From positions 1 to 64,000 of the IMG/VR virus record IMGVR_UViG_3300003177_000005: 64,000 nt of DNA; one strand, given 5' to 3'. How positions within the stretch are numbered: the stretch's first letter is position 1; each line of letters starts with the position of its first letter. Origin of the DNA: a virus. This document shows, in pieces, positions 22,070 through 33,499 of the stretch. The position numbers and the translations under genes were made by a program. The notes below the pieces were generated by a model. The model made no database searches and had not been told where the DNA came from. It saw nothing but the letters and a program-made list of their open reading frames with translations.

Positions 22070-22098
22070 TAAAGAATATCTAACTTATCTTTTTTTTA

Positions 22099-23004
22099 TT
22101 AAACATTAGTACTTTCGTCAAAACCTCTTATGTCTTGTAGTTTTGCATCAACAGCTTCTTTAACTGTTGAACCAACAGCTATGTTATCATAGAATGGATC
22201 TGTACCAATCACTAACATGTTGTCTAACATAAGTTGTCCTAATTCAAAGACACCATTTGAAACTGAAGTAATACTTGTCCAAGGTATAGTATTTTCTTTA
22301 ATCTCTGCTGAACCACTAATATCTTTTTTAGAAGTAATCTCTGGAGTTTGTTTAGGTTTCATATTGAAACTTAAATATGCTCTTTCAACATATCTTCTAG
22401 AAGTATCAGGTTCTATAAATAGAATTGTACAACTATTTAAGAAATCAAAATATATCTCTTTAACATCTCTAGGACCAGCTAAAACGGTTGTAAGTAATGG
22501 TGATTGTGTAACGTCATCTCTTACTAAATATCTTAGCCATATTTCGAATGTTCTTTCAAATGGTCTACCAGCAGGTTCAACAGCAGTAGTTGAAATCTCT
22601 GATTGCTCTCTAGTAGACTTTACAGCTACTTGATATTTTTGGCCACTTCTACCAATTGCATGTTCTGCATACTCGATAGTCATAGTAGCTTTTAAACCAT
22701 CAATTTTAGAAACTCTATCTTCCCAATAAGACTTAAGTATTCTTTTAAGTAAATCTCCATTAGGTAGTAAATCAAATCCTTTTGGATATTCTAAAATTAT
22801 AGGTATAACGTCTTCTTGTACATACGGCTTTTCACTTATCCATTCAGCAGCGCCATCTAACATACCTAATCTAGGGGACCAACCTTGTGAACCACCATAC
22901 TTAGGATTTATAATAGGAGATTGTGAATCACCTATTAACGCTGGTATTTGTTCTTGACGGTTACTAAAAGGACTAGTTACCGTTCCATAATCTACAGTAC
23001 TCAT
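22099..23004 (-). CDS. Tail tube / major virion protein (phiKZ gp030-like)
   Basis: YGGSQGWSP, WISEKPYV and TILFIEPD motifs; directly downstream of the sheath gene with an overlapping stop/start. Confidence 0.8.
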   Translation of the reverse strand: MSTVDYGTVTSPFSNRQEQIPALIGDSQSPIINPKYGGSQGWSPRLGMLDGAAEWISEKPYVQEDVIPIILEYPKGFDLLPNGDLLKRILKSYWEDRVSKIDGLKATMTIEYAEHAIGRSGQKYQVAVKSTREQSEISTTAVEPAGRPFERTFEIWLRYLVRDDVTQSPLLTTVLAGPRDVKEIYFDFLNSCTILFIEPDTSRRYVERAYLSFNMKPKQTPEITSKKDISGSAEIKENTIPWTSITSVSNGVFELGQLMLDNMLVIGTDPFYDNIAVGSTVKEAVDAKLQDIRGFDESTNV

Positions 23005-25115
23005 TACTTAACTCCTTTATTTGCTAAACGCTCTACATCGATGATACCATTAGCAACTGTTAATTGGCTATTACCATATAGTGTATAATGTATAGTCCAA
23101 CTAAAACCTAAAGTATTATCAACATCAGTAAATTCAATCTTAACATCTGCACTTACTTTATTATCAAAATAACTATCACTAATTCTAGCTTTAATCCAAT
23201 TCTCAACATCAGACTTAAATACTTTTTGAGGATCATCAGAACCCGCAAAGTATAACCAAGATTCAAATCCAACTCTTACTAAGTGAGTAATTGCAAAGAT
23301 AACTCTAGGATTTGAAAGTACGCTTGTACTATCTGCGTATGTACTTCTGAATGATGGGAATAAGAAACTTGTTCTATCTGAATTATAAGGCCAGATTATT
23401 CCATCTTTATATAATTTATCATAAAGAGGTTCTGGTATAAACTTAGGTTCAACAATTTCAACAGTGTCAACTGCATTAGCACCTTTACTAAAGAAATCAG
23501 CTGTTGTTTTCCATCCATGTTTGTTACCAAAGTAGTTGGCAAACTTACTAGCAACATCATATGAACTAGGTACATAACCATTATAGTTTACACCGATAGG
23601 TTTACTTTGACCAAGTACAATAAAACCTCTAGCAAATGGAGTGTTCCACTCTTGTGATTCAGGTGTAAGAGCCATTTTAGCCATAATAGCTTTAGCTATA
23701 GGTAATTGTTCTTGCCAAGTCGCATTAGGTTTAGTAACTTCCCATGTTGATAAAACTACAGATGTGTTTTTTCTTAGAGCAGTATAGTTAATCATAGATA
23801 ACTTAACTTCTAAATCAACACCTGGATCATACATAATTGTATCAGGGTTAAGAGCTAAACTTTGTTTCTTACTATAAGGGTCTAAATAATCTTCCATTTC
23901 AGATTTAAATAATGTCTGATAATTATCCCAAGTAACTGTACCATCTTGACCGCCTTCTAAATAGATAGGAGTTTTTAAAGATAGTCTAACTTCTTGAACA
24001 TCTGTTACAGGAGTTTTATCAAACTCTACAGTATAATAAGGAACTCTTGATGTTGAAGTAAAGTTTAATACATTAACTAAACCTTTATCTTTCTCTTTAA
24101 CTGCTTCCTCTGATGTCTCGATGAAATCCATCCAACCAGCAACAATTTTAGTATCACCTTCAACTGTTGTAACAACACGTTCTAATTGTGCAGCTTCTTT
24201 TTCAATAATCATTGTTTGAACTTGCTCTAACATATTTTGATGTACATTTATACCACCAAAGTCAGGATATCTGAAACCAGGACCTTCTTCTTTACTATAA
24301 TAAGTTGGAACAAATTGTTCTTGAATACTTTTATTCTCTTGTGATAGTGGGTCTACTGCATCTTCTAAAGTAAACTTAGTCTTAATTAAACCAGTTAAAC
24401 TTTTAACAATTTTAGCAACACCATTATTACGATATACCATCGCATTATATGTTAATTTTCTAGTTGTTTCTAAGAACTCTCTATTTACAGAGTCATTATC
24501 AATAACTTCTAGAGCTATACCATTTTTATTATAATCACTACCCACTTCATCAGCAAATACTGTCATAATAGGATACATAGTTGATTTATTACCATCAGCA
24601 TCTTCCATTGTACCTGGTTTTGGTGAAGCATTATCGAAGTCGCTTGTTAAAACCTCTGTTATCATCTTTACCTTATAACCAGGAACTGTTTCAGTACCAT
24701 CTTGAATAGGATCACCATTTACATCTCTTTGAATTGAACCGTCATTATATCTTTTATAGACAGGGATGTCAGCAGCTAATAAATCGACATAAATTCTTTT
24801 ATTAGCAGGTACACCTGCATCAGTAGGTATTAATCTTTGTACGGTTACATCATTTCCAGCTTTACCGAAAATTTGTAATTGTAAGGTTGCACTATTAAAA
24901 TATGGGTTTTTTGGATCAAACGCATCTGTTCCAAATACTGATGATAAAACACTTAAACCACCTGCGAAATCTTCTCTTGGACCTTTATTCGCAAAGATAT
25001 AAACCTTTGGCGAGTGGTCTGAAAAGATAGGTCGTTCATGTTTTATAACAGCACCAGAGTTATCATTCACTCCATCATAGAGGAATCTTGCAGCGGCCGT
25101 TGCTATTGAACTCAT
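23004..25115 (-). CDS. Tail sheath protein (phiKZ gp029-like)
   Basis: 703 aa; HSPKVYIFANKGP, QRLIPTDAG, LEGGQDGT, YDPG, FPSFRSTYADSTSVL and GFSW motifs. Confidence 0.85.
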   Translation of the reverse strand: MSSIATAAARFLYDGVNDNSGAVIKHERPIFSDHSPKVYIFANKGPREDFAGGLSVLSSVFGTDAFDPKNPYFNSATLQLQIFGKAGNDVTVQRLIPTDAGVPANKRIYVDLLAADIPVYKRYNDGSIQRDVNGDPIQDGTETVPGYKVKMITEVLTSDFDNASPKPGTMEDADGNKSTMYPIMTVFADEVGSDYNKNGIALEVIDNDSVNREFLETTRKLTYNAMVYRNNGVAKIVKSLTGLIKTKFTLEDAVDPLSQENKSIQEQFVPTYYSKEEGPGFRYPDFGGINVHQNMLEQVQTMIIEKEAAQLERVVTTVEGDTKIVAGWMDFIETSEEAVKEKDKGLVNVLNFTSTSRVPYYTVEFDKTPVTDVQEVRLSLKTPIYLEGGQDGTVTWDNYQTLFKSEMEDYLDPYSKKQSLALNPDTIMYDPGVDLEVKLSMINYTALRKNTSVVLSTWEVTKPNATWQEQLPIAKAIMAKMALTPESQEWNTPFARGFIVLGQSKPIGVNYNGYVPSSYDVASKFANYFGNKHGWKTTADFFSKGANAVDTVEIVEPKFIPEPLYDKLYKDGIIWPYNSDRTSFLFPSFRSTYADSTSVLSNPRVIFAITHLVRVGFESWLYFAGSDDPQKVFKSDVENWIKARISDSYFDNKVSADVKIEFTDVDNTLGFSWTIHYTLYGNSQLTVANGIIDVERLANKGVK

Positions 25116-25201
25116 AATTTTTCCTTTAATATTTAAATTTAAATTTCTTGAGTAGAATGAATCTACATCATTTAATGCGAAATTACATTTACTATCTATC
25201 G

Positions 25202-26965
25202 CTATTTATAGCGATAGATAGTTGCATTTTCTAATTCAGTTGTTCGAAAAATTATATTATCAAAATTTCTAAAAAATACTTTACCAGTTGGTTGTGGGTC
25301 GGATTTACTAACTTTAATAAATAAATCTTTTATTGGATCATAAATCATATAGTTTACATCGTGATCATTAATAGGTATAAACGATATTTTCCCATCTCTT
25401 CGTCTATATGTGTATAAATCTTTATCCTTAAATTCTTCAAGAAAAGCCTTAGTTAAAATCCATTTATCTTCTTTAGTATCATAAAAATAACTACTTGTTT
25501 CTGAATTCCCACCTAGTGTTAATAATTTTCCATTACCAATATTAACTATAACTGTTGAGTCAGTATATCCATCAGGTCTAGGATCTTTTAATTCCCAAAC
25601 CCCTGTATCTACATTAACAACCATTAAAAACAAATTATTGTTATTGTTTATAACATTTGAATATAAACTCCGAGTAATAGGATCATAAGCTATATTAGTA
25701 AACCCATTAAAGAAAATAGATTTAAAGTCATCTAATGTTGTTTCCCATAATGTTCTAGCTAATGCAACCTCACCATGAACTGATAAACAATGTAAAACTG
25801 TTTTATTTTCAGCATTCTCGTAAACCATTACTATCCGATTTTTATCTATATTTAAAATTTTTACATCGCTTGTTACTGTTTTATTAAAATCTGTTTCAAC
25901 ACTTATTATTTCTTTAATAGTTGAATTTTTAAAATCAATTTTAACTTTAACTAATCGTGATTCACTATTAAGTACAAAAAAGTTATTAGCACTAACTGGT
26001 TCAAAAAAACCATTTAACATAGCCAATTTAGTTTTAATACCAAACTCATCCACCACATCTTTTTGACTTATTTCCTTATTAAAAACAAAACGTTCACGAG
26101 GTGTAACAGTCTCAATAGTGAACTCCTTTTTATAAATCCCATCTATTTCATCATCAACTTTTAAAAAAACGATGATTTTATAAATAGCATTATTATCTAA
26201 TGTTTTTGGTTCTAAGACTATAGTTTTATTAAGAATCTCTGATGAAGACTTTTTTAAAATAATTTTATCATTATTAAAATCTTTAAAATGGACTTTGAGT
26301 AACCGACCTTTACTAAATTCGATTTTGAAAATATTTTTCTTAGTTGGATCTAAAAATTTGTCTGTTTTTATTTTTAAACCATATTTATTTAAACTATATT
26401 CTTCACTAGCAAACTTTGAGGTAATCCCAACTTCAGATTTATGAGCTACTTCGACTCTTAAACTATCTATTCTAAGCCAGTCTAATTCAGACTTTAAAAC
26501 ATCTAAAGATGTTAAGTTCTCTTTATCCTCAATAGATGCCATTAATATTTTATTATTTTCGTCTCTTAAAATATAAGTCGTTGATTCATGTATATCGCCG
26601 CCCATTCTGGCTTTAGATGTTTTAATTTTAATAGAATCTTTTGTTTCATCGTCTATACCCTCTACTTCTATTAATGGTATATCTACAAAAAGTTCTGGTC
26701 TTAAATCTAATGTTAAAAGTTTCGAGGTATCTCTTAATTCATTTGGACCAATCCAATCCGTTACTGTATCAGTATAGTGTAACTTATACCAAATGTAATA
26801 AACTAAACCTGGTGGTATAATTAAATTTGATATATACGAATCTATCATAGTCGTTGAAGCATCAATGATTGGTGCAACTATTTTTTGTCCTTCAACATCA
26901 GAAGTGACTTTCCAACTAACTGCTACTATATTTTCATCTACATTTCCTAGTTTAAAAAGAGCCAT
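25202..26965 (-). CDS. Virion structural protein with Ig-like and beta-propeller/kelch-like regions
   Basis: HESTTYILRDE...DKENLTS repeat unit; C-terminal LLTLGG...YFYD...W kelch-like blade; paralog of 27387 gene. Confidence 0.7.
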   Translation of the reverse strand: MALFKLGNVDENIVAVSWKVTSDVEGQKIVAPIIDASTTMIDSYISNLIIPPGLVYYIWYKLHYTDTVTDWIGPNELRDTSKLLTLDLRPELFVDIPLIEVEGIDDETKDSIKIKTSKARMGGDIHESTTYILRDENNKILMASIEDKENLTSLDVLKSELDWLRIDSLRVEVAHKSEVGITSKFASEEYSLNKYGLKIKTDKFLDPTKKNIFKIEFSKGRLLKVHFKDFNNDKIILKKSSSEILNKTIVLEPKTLDNNAIYKIIVFLKVDDEIDGIYKKEFTIETVTPRERFVFNKEISQKDVVDEFGIKTKLAMLNGFFEPVSANNFFVLNSESRLVKVKIDFKNSTIKEIISVETDFNKTVTSDVKILNIDKNRIVMVYENAENKTVLHCLSVHGEVALARTLWETTLDDFKSIFFNGFTNIAYDPITRSLYSNVINNNNNLFLMVVNVDTGVWELKDPRPDGYTDSTVIVNIGNGKLLTLGGNSETSSYFYDTKEDKWILTKAFLEEFKDKDLYTYRRRDGKISFIPINDHDVNYMIYDPIKDLFIKVSKSDPQPTGKVFFRNFDNIIFRTTELENATIYRYK

Positions 26966-27062
26966 TTTTTTAATCCTTTTTTTATATTATTAATCATTCA
27001 ATATTATAAAAGTTAATTTCTAAAAACATTTATTGACTAATGATAAGAAGAAAAGGATTTTT

Positions 27063-27371
27063 ATGGCTTATTTTTACATTGATGATGTTCTAACTATTGG
27101 TGTTGATGGCAAACAAGCTGAAGCTAAATGGGAAGCCTCATTTGAACCTGATTTTACAAATATAATTCAAACCGTAAAAAGTACTGATAAATATTTAAAA
27201 TTTTGGGAGACTATGTTCCGTTTACCTAATGGAGATCCGTGGGATGGTACTGTACCTGTATATGTTAGGGTTTCAATTAGATACGGTAAAACCTGGTCAA
27301 AACCATATTACTTTGAACCTTGTTTACCATATCCAGATGGTTTACCATTTAAATGGTTAAATAAAATTTAA
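27063..27371 (+). CDS. Small virion-associated hypothetical protein
   Basis: AAAAGGA RBS favours ATG at 27063; WEAS..PDF...YVRV..RYG..WS Ig/FN3-like pattern. Confidence 0.7.
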   Translation: MAYFYIDDVLTIGVDGKQAEAKWEASFEPDFTNIIQTVKSTDKYLKFWETMFRLPNGDPWDGTVPVYVRVSIRYGKTWSKPYYFEPCLPYPDGLPFKWLNKI

Positions 27372-27386
27372 ATTAAAAGGAAAAAA

Positions 27387-29206
27387 ATGAGACATAAGTT
27401 ATTTATAAATGATTTTCAAATACCTGAAAATGACCTTTATGAACTTGAAAGTATTGATTTTCAAATTACAAGAAAAAGAGACAATTGGAATAGTGAACAT
27501 CGTATAGCTGTTATAGCTAATCCTGATGATAGATTTAGTGTTTTCTATAACTATGATTTTAATAATGGTACAGTTATTTATGCCAGAGTTATTTTAAAAT
27601 ATAAAAGTATAAATGGTTCTGAACCTATACCAGATCAAGTTTTAACAACTATCGCACTAGATAAGAATTTTACAGGTTTTAAATTTTCAGATACAATTCT
27701 TATGACCCCTACTATTGAAATAGATAATATAGAAACGAATTTAGACGAACATTTAACTATTAGGACATCCGATATGAAAATTTATAGTGGTCGGGGTTTA
27801 CATAAATCAACCACTTATTTAGTAGAAGATACTAATGGGCACGTTTATTATAAAAGAGAAAGGGATGAAGAGAATTTAACGAGTATAAAAATAAAGACAA
27901 ATGAATTCCCAAAACAAAAGGCACTACTTATAAAAGTACAACATCATACTGATACAAATGCTAACAGTAATTATGGTGTTTTACCTATTTTTAGAGATAT
28001 ACATAAAACAAAAATACTAAAAGTTGAAGTAAAAGATAATACCCTTTACTCTAACAAACCAAATTGTTTTAAAGTTACTTTTAGAAAACCCAATGTAACT
28101 AAAATAGAATATCAATTATTTAAAAAAATAGCTGAAAAAGAAAGTTTAGTGGAAAATGGTAAGATAGACTTAGAAACATTAAAAACAATTAAAACCGTTT
28201 TAGACCCTTATTTACAATACAAACTAAAAGTTACAGTGACAACTGATGACGGTATGTTATATGAAAATAGTGAAGTTTATAACCCATACATCGCTAATGA
28301 TAAAATAATAAAAAGAAATAAAGATCTATATTATCAACCTTATAATTTTAAAAAAAATAGTAAGAATACTTTTGGTAGTCGTTTCTTAACACAATCAAAT
28401 ATGAATAAGTGTTTTTTACATTTAGATAAAAATAAAGGTTATTTAACTGTAGAAGAATTAAATAATGATGAAGTTGTATTTAAAAAACTTATTACGACTC
28501 TTGACATTTCTAATATGATAAATAATAGTGGTGTCAAAATAAATTATTTTGATAATAATATTTTGACAGTTTCATTTATTATTAATACTAATAATGGTTT
28601 AAAACAAAAAGTCATCGTTTTTAGGCATTGTGGTTATTTTGATAAAGAGTTTAAGAACATAACACAACTAACATCTTTTAACTTTACTCCTATAACATTA
28701 ACCAATGGTACTGTTTCAAACTTGATTAGACTAACTAATGAAAAAATATGTTTCCTGGAGAATATTGATGGTGTACTCACTGTAAGAACATTTGAACCAA
28801 AAACAAATATAATTACAAATTTTTTAGAAACAAATCTCGATAATAATATAGATGGTGAGTTGATGAGTGTTGATAACGAAAAATCATTATTTGTAAATAG
28901 AAAAGGTGAAATTTTTAAACTTGATTTTATTAATAGTACTACATCTAAACTACAAACAGTAAATGCGGATTTATTAAACACTGATAGTAATGGTGTTATT
29001 ATTGGGTTATTCGAAGTATTTGAAAATGTAAAAGGGCAGATAAACTATTAACAATATCAAAGGATACTGGATTTGTTAAAGCTAGTAATACTTTCTTTAA
29101 TAAAAATTGTGACCAAGGGATTAATATAGTTGTATTAAATGATGGTGATCTTTTATTCATTGATAGAGAAGATGATAACGGGTTACCTACAAAGTTTATT
29201 AAATAA
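27387..29206 (+). CDS. Virion structural protein (paralog of 25202 gene) with an apparent frameshift near 29000-29040
   Basis: HKSTTYLVED...DEENLTS unit; the track ORF stops at 29051 but a second frame (...ADKLLTISKDTG...LNDGDLLFID...FIK*) continues to TAA 29206, just before the next RBS. Confidence 0.7.
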
Positions 29207-29216
29207 AAAAGGAGAA

Positions 29217-29546
29217 ATGATGAAGAACATTCTTTATTTTGGTTTTTTGGTTTTAGCATTTGCTTGGAGTTTTTTAGTTGATGCTGATAGTGATTTTTTA
29301 AAAGGTTTTGGATATAGTACGGTTATTATTAATACTTTAGGTCTAATATTATTATTCGGTTTGTTAATGTTCTTGGTAGAGGTATTACCAGATATACATA
29401 GACGACTTAATGGTGAAAAAACTGATGCTGAGTTAATTAAACAAGCAACATTAACTGATAAGAGTCACATAATTTATATAGGTAATTCTATAAAAGTTCT
29501 AGCATATACACTTTTAGCTATTGCCGTTTTTACAAAACTATTCTAA
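29217..29546 (+). CDS. Putative holin (3 transmembrane segments)
   Basis: AAGGAG RBS at 29209 gives ATG 29217 (109 aa); three hydrophobic segments; near the endolysin. Confidence 0.6.
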   Translation: MMKNILYFGFLVLAFAWSFLVDADSDFLKGFGYSTVIINTLGLILLFGLLMFLVEVLPDIHRRLNGEKTDAELIKQATLTDKSHIIYIGNSIKVLAYTLLAIAVFTKLF

Positions 29547-29590
29547 CTACTTTACTACCCTAAAGTTGGGTAGTAAAGTAAATACTTTTT

Positions 29591-30541
29591 TTAAATATCT
29601 GGATATCTTCCTACTTCATCAATTACACCTTTTATACTTAATTTAAAATGATTAGCATCAATGTATCTTTTCTTAGCATCAACGACTTGTCCAAAGAATG
29701 TTTTTCTATAGAAAGATGAAACCAATACAGTATTCAACATAGCTACAACTGTTGGTAAATGTTCAGTTGCTACTAAACTTTCCTCTACAGCATTTTGTCC
29801 AAACCAAGATCTAGAAAGTAATTCATAGAGCACAGTTCTATTTAAACTCATTAACTTTGGAGAATCGCTAAGTATTGCTACATTCTCTAACATATCATCT
29901 ATTGTTGCTGGTGTCTTTTTAATAGTATTTAAGTAGTAACTCTTAACATTAGAACTAACTTTTATCTTAAGTATCGCTAATGTTCTTTCTAAGACTTCAT
30001 TAGCCTCATATTCATTATTATCAGGATTAATATACATATTAACAATAAAGTAACATACTGCAACAGAAACACCATCTTTTTCACTTGGACTTAACCCATA
30101 CTTTCTAGAAATAGACGCTACCATCCACTCAGTATAAGCAAAAGCTGTAGCATTAAAAATTTTAATAAATTTCATAGTATCTGTCTTAGCATAATATGAG
30201 TAAATAGCTTTCACTAAAAAAAACATAAATGTTATCTTATCCTTAATCACATCATTAACATCTAAGAAATCCTCTTCTATATTATGTCTCATTAATCTTC
30301 TAACATCTAAAACTATATAATCTTCGTGTTTATACTCAATTTCAAATGGTTGGTTCATAATAGGTAATCTTTTTTCATCATCATTTTTACCAGTAATAAA
30401 AACTAATTTCATATCTGTCTTTACAAATTCATACCTCAATGTTTCTGGTTTATACATTATGAAAAACTTATTTAATTCCATATTTATTTCATCTGTCTTT
30501 TTACCCTTTAAAAAGGTTGTTTCATATGGGTTATACAACAT
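29591..30541 (-). CDS. Conserved phiKZ-like virion protein (gp028-like)
   Basis: MLYNPYETT start; PIMNQP, YIVLDVR and SWFG...VATEHLPT motifs; near sheath and terminase. Confidence 0.7.
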   Translation of the reverse strand: MLYNPYETTFLKGKKTDEINMELNKFFIMYKPETLRYEFVKTDMKLVFITGKNDDEKRLPIMNQPFEIEYKHEDYIVLDVRRLMRHNIEEDFLDVNDVIKDKITFMFFLVKAIYSYYAKTDTMKFIKIFNATAFAYTEWMVASISRKYGLSPSEKDGVSVAVCYFIVNMYINPDNNEYEANEVLERTLAILKIKVSSNVKSYYLNTIKKTPATIDDMLENVAILSDSPKLMSLNRTVLYELLSRSWFGQNAVEESLVATEHLPTVVAMLNTVLVSSFYRKTFFGQVVDAKKRYIDANHFKLSIKGVIDEVGRYPDI

Positions 30542-30589
30542 TTTCTTTCCTTTAACTTATTGTTTTATATTCAAGTAAATAACTTTTAT
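30539..30589 (-). repeat. 51-bp direct repeat copy A (promoter/RBS/ATG region)
   Basis: 50/51 identical to 33440-33490. Confidence 0.9.
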
Positions 30590-30635
30590 AAAAGATGATT
30601 TAATCTTTATTGAACTATTAAATAAAAGGATACTT

Positions 30636-31370
30636 ATGAAAAGTCTACTTATAGTTTTACTTTTAACATTTAATCTTTTTGGTGTAAATGTAAAAACTTA
30701 TATTCCAAAAAAGGCATATAAATATATGCCACTTGTTTTTAGTGAATCTAAAAATTACATAAAAGATTTTAATGCGGTTTATTATTTTCCAGCATTAATA
30801 GAACAGGAGAGTTGTATATCTTTAAGACATCGCCGATGTTGGGATCCAACTTCTGAACTTAAGACATATAGAGAACAAGGTGTAGGTCTTGGACAAATCA
30901 CGAGAGCGTTTAAAAGAAATGGGAGACTACGGTTTGATAGTCTACACGAATTAAAAAGGCGATATCCAAAATCTTTTATAGGGGTTAATTGGCATAATCT
31001 AAAAAGAAGACCTAAAGCTCAAATTAGAGCTATCATTTTAATGTGGAAACGAAATTATAGATTACTGAAGAGAGTTCACGGTATGACAGAATTAGATCGT
31101 ATAGCCTTTGCTGATGCTGCTTACAACGGTGGTTATGGTGGTGTGAGTAGAGACAGATCTAAATGTAAGTTAACTAAAGGATGTAATCCTAAAAAATGGT
31201 TTAGAAATGTTGAGAAGACTTGTAGTAAGTCTAAAAGAAATCTGTATGGTAATAGAAATGCCTGTGATATAAATAGAGAACATGTCTATAATGTATTAAG
31301 GTTAAGAATGAATAAGTATACTAAGTATTACTTTGACAAATATTTAAAACAGAGAGGTTGGTCTAAATGA
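30636..31370 (+). CDS. Endolysin, lytic transglycosylase (SLT/GH23-like) with signal peptide
   Basis: ALIEQES (catalytic Glu), GLGQIT and AYNGG motifs; N-terminal MKSLLIVLLLTFNLFG signal. Confidence 0.85.
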   Translation: MKSLLIVLLLTFNLFGVNVKTYIPKKAYKYMPLVFSESKNYIKDFNAVYYFPALIEQESCISLRHRRCWDPTSELKTYREQGVGLGQITRAFKRNGRLRFDSLHELKRRYPKSFIGVNWHNLKRRPKAQIRAIILMWKRNYRLLKRVHGMTELDRIAFADAAYNGGYGGVSRDRSKCKLTKGCNPKKWFRNVEKTCSKSKRNLYGNRNACDINREHVYNVLRLRMNKYTKYYFDKYLKQRGWSK

Positions 31371-31382
31371 CCAACTTCTCTA

Positions 31383-33442
31383 TTAGTTTATGTTTTGTTC
31401 CAAAGATAATTGTTTAATTATGTTATTAATATTGATAGGGTCGATTACACTTGTATCTAAAACACTATATAACTGTTTTATTTTTACTATGATTTTATTT
31501 TTTAAAATATCATCATCCGTTACTGTTCTTAATCTATTAACCAATGTTTCAATAACAGTTAATATTTTCTTTTGCATTTCTACATATGTGTTATTATCTA
31601 ATCGTTCAGCACCTACACTATTAACTGTTGATAAGAATTTTAAAGCATCAGATGGGTTTAAACCATATACTTCTTTATTTCTACCAAACTTAATAAACCA
31701 GTAAGCTAAAAGTAATGATACGACCACGCTAATTCAGCATCTTTTATAATAGTAGTTAGATAATTAACTGCTTCTTTTAATGTTTTAGAATAAAGGTTAT
31801 CTCTAGAAGCTCTACCTCTACCAGATGTACCATAACCAAAATGTTTCTTATATTTTAAAAGTAACCTATCATCTACCTTGTCTTTTAAGATAGCCTGCTT
31901 CTCTTCTAAGTTGAGTTTATCTAATTCATCTACTGTCCAGTTGAATAAACGCTTAAATGGATTTATACCTAATTCTGGTAAGATATCTATTAAACCATCT
32001 AATATACCAACACCTGTATTCTTTCTTTCTATTATAGCTATTAATTCAGGATAATCTATAAACCATTTAACCAACCATTTAAGAAACTTGTTTAGGTTAA
32101 CATCATTATAACTTCCAGTACATACAGTTTCACCACTATAATAATCCATAATATAAAATGCAATACCATCTTGACCAACAGCTTCAGATGTATCTAAACC
32201 TAATATACAAGGTCTACCATTTTTATATTCTTCTTTATCTTTATACCATCTAACTACAAGATTATAATCTGTAATTTCAATTTCTGGATCTTTTTCTACA
32301 TTATTATTTAATTCTTCTAATAACTCTTTAGTAAATGGTGACCTAATACTACCTAAAGACCAGATGTTTAAGAAGTCGGCTTTAGCATCATCCCCTTCAG
32401 AAATTGCCTTAGCTATTCTTTCAGCCAACCATAGATCAGAAAAACCTAACTGGTTATGGTTATACTCTAAAAGAACTATCTCGGTAGCTCTTAATAACTT
32501 ATCCTCGCTAGCTGGTTTATTTGATTTAATTAACTTCTTTAATTCTTCTGGATTTTTAGCATCCATAAATTTTTCGTTCCATCTAGTAGATGCTTTATAG
32601 ATTCTATAAGCATATTTCCCTGGTTTAGATTTTATATGTCCAGCTGTTGTTGAGAAAATAATACCATAAGGACTATTGTTAGCTTTTGCCGCATCCATAG
32701 CTGCTGTTAGTGATGCTAACATAGCTGGTATAGTAATAAAGTTATTATCTATATAAGCAAATTCATCTATATAGTCAACAGGTGCTGTAAGACCACGACC
32801 AATCTTTAATGCACCTTTTTCGTCCATCTGTGCTACATAACCATTTATAATGTTTTTTAAAGCTTTTACAGTAATATTCTCTGTATTATTAGAATCTTTT
32901 TTAGTTCTAAGTTTTAAAAATTCAGGCAACTCATCTATATTAGCTTTTGTTTTTTCTACAAGGTCGACTCTATGTGTTGTATCTTTACCAAGCATCGACA
33001 TCTTACTATTAGCCATCCAAAAACTACATAGACCACCCAGTAATTGTGTAACGGAAAATGTCTTTCCTGTTTGTCTTGGTTGTATAAGATATGTTGTAAT
33101 GTGATTAAAGAATAACCAAAACAAAGATATGTTTGCTCTATTAGCTATAAATTGTCTAGGTGTTGTACCAGCAATAGCAGGAGCTCTTGCAATTTCTCTA
33201 AAATAATACCAAGGGTTTTCTTTTATTTCTAGTGCAATTTTTAATTTAGTCCTTAAACTATTGGCATTATCAAAAGGATCAACTCCTTGTAAATCTGGGT
33301 TATGTAATGCTAATAAAAAAGTGTGGTTTTCTAAACCCATCTGTTTTAAAACAGAAGCTGTTTCTATAAATGTTTTATTATTTGTTTTATAATCTGGTAT
33401 AGCTCTTGGATATTTCTTCCAATCTTCTAAAAATAAGATCAT
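31383..33442 (-). CDS. terL: Terminase large subunit (phiKZ gp025-like), interrupted by a frameshifting deletion at about 31728
   Basis: NPWYYFRE, QPRQTGKT Walker A, IDEF Walker B, TTAG, GLDTS and IIERK motifs. The C-terminal VVSLLLAYWF..G.N...YG part is in another frame (31383-31727). Confidence 0.88.
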
Positions 33443-33490
33443 TTTCTTTCCTTTAACTTATTATTTTATATTCAAGTAAATAACTTTTAT
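33440..33490 (-). repeat. 51-bp direct repeat copy B (terminase promoter/RBS/ATG region)
   Basis: 50/51 identical to 30539-30589. Confidence 0.9.
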
Positions 33491-33499
33491 TAATATTTT

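Noticed and set aside
31383-31727. Independent 114-aa gene
   Set aside because: It matches the expected C-terminal part of phiKZ-type terminase and has no RBS, so it was treated as the distal terL fragment
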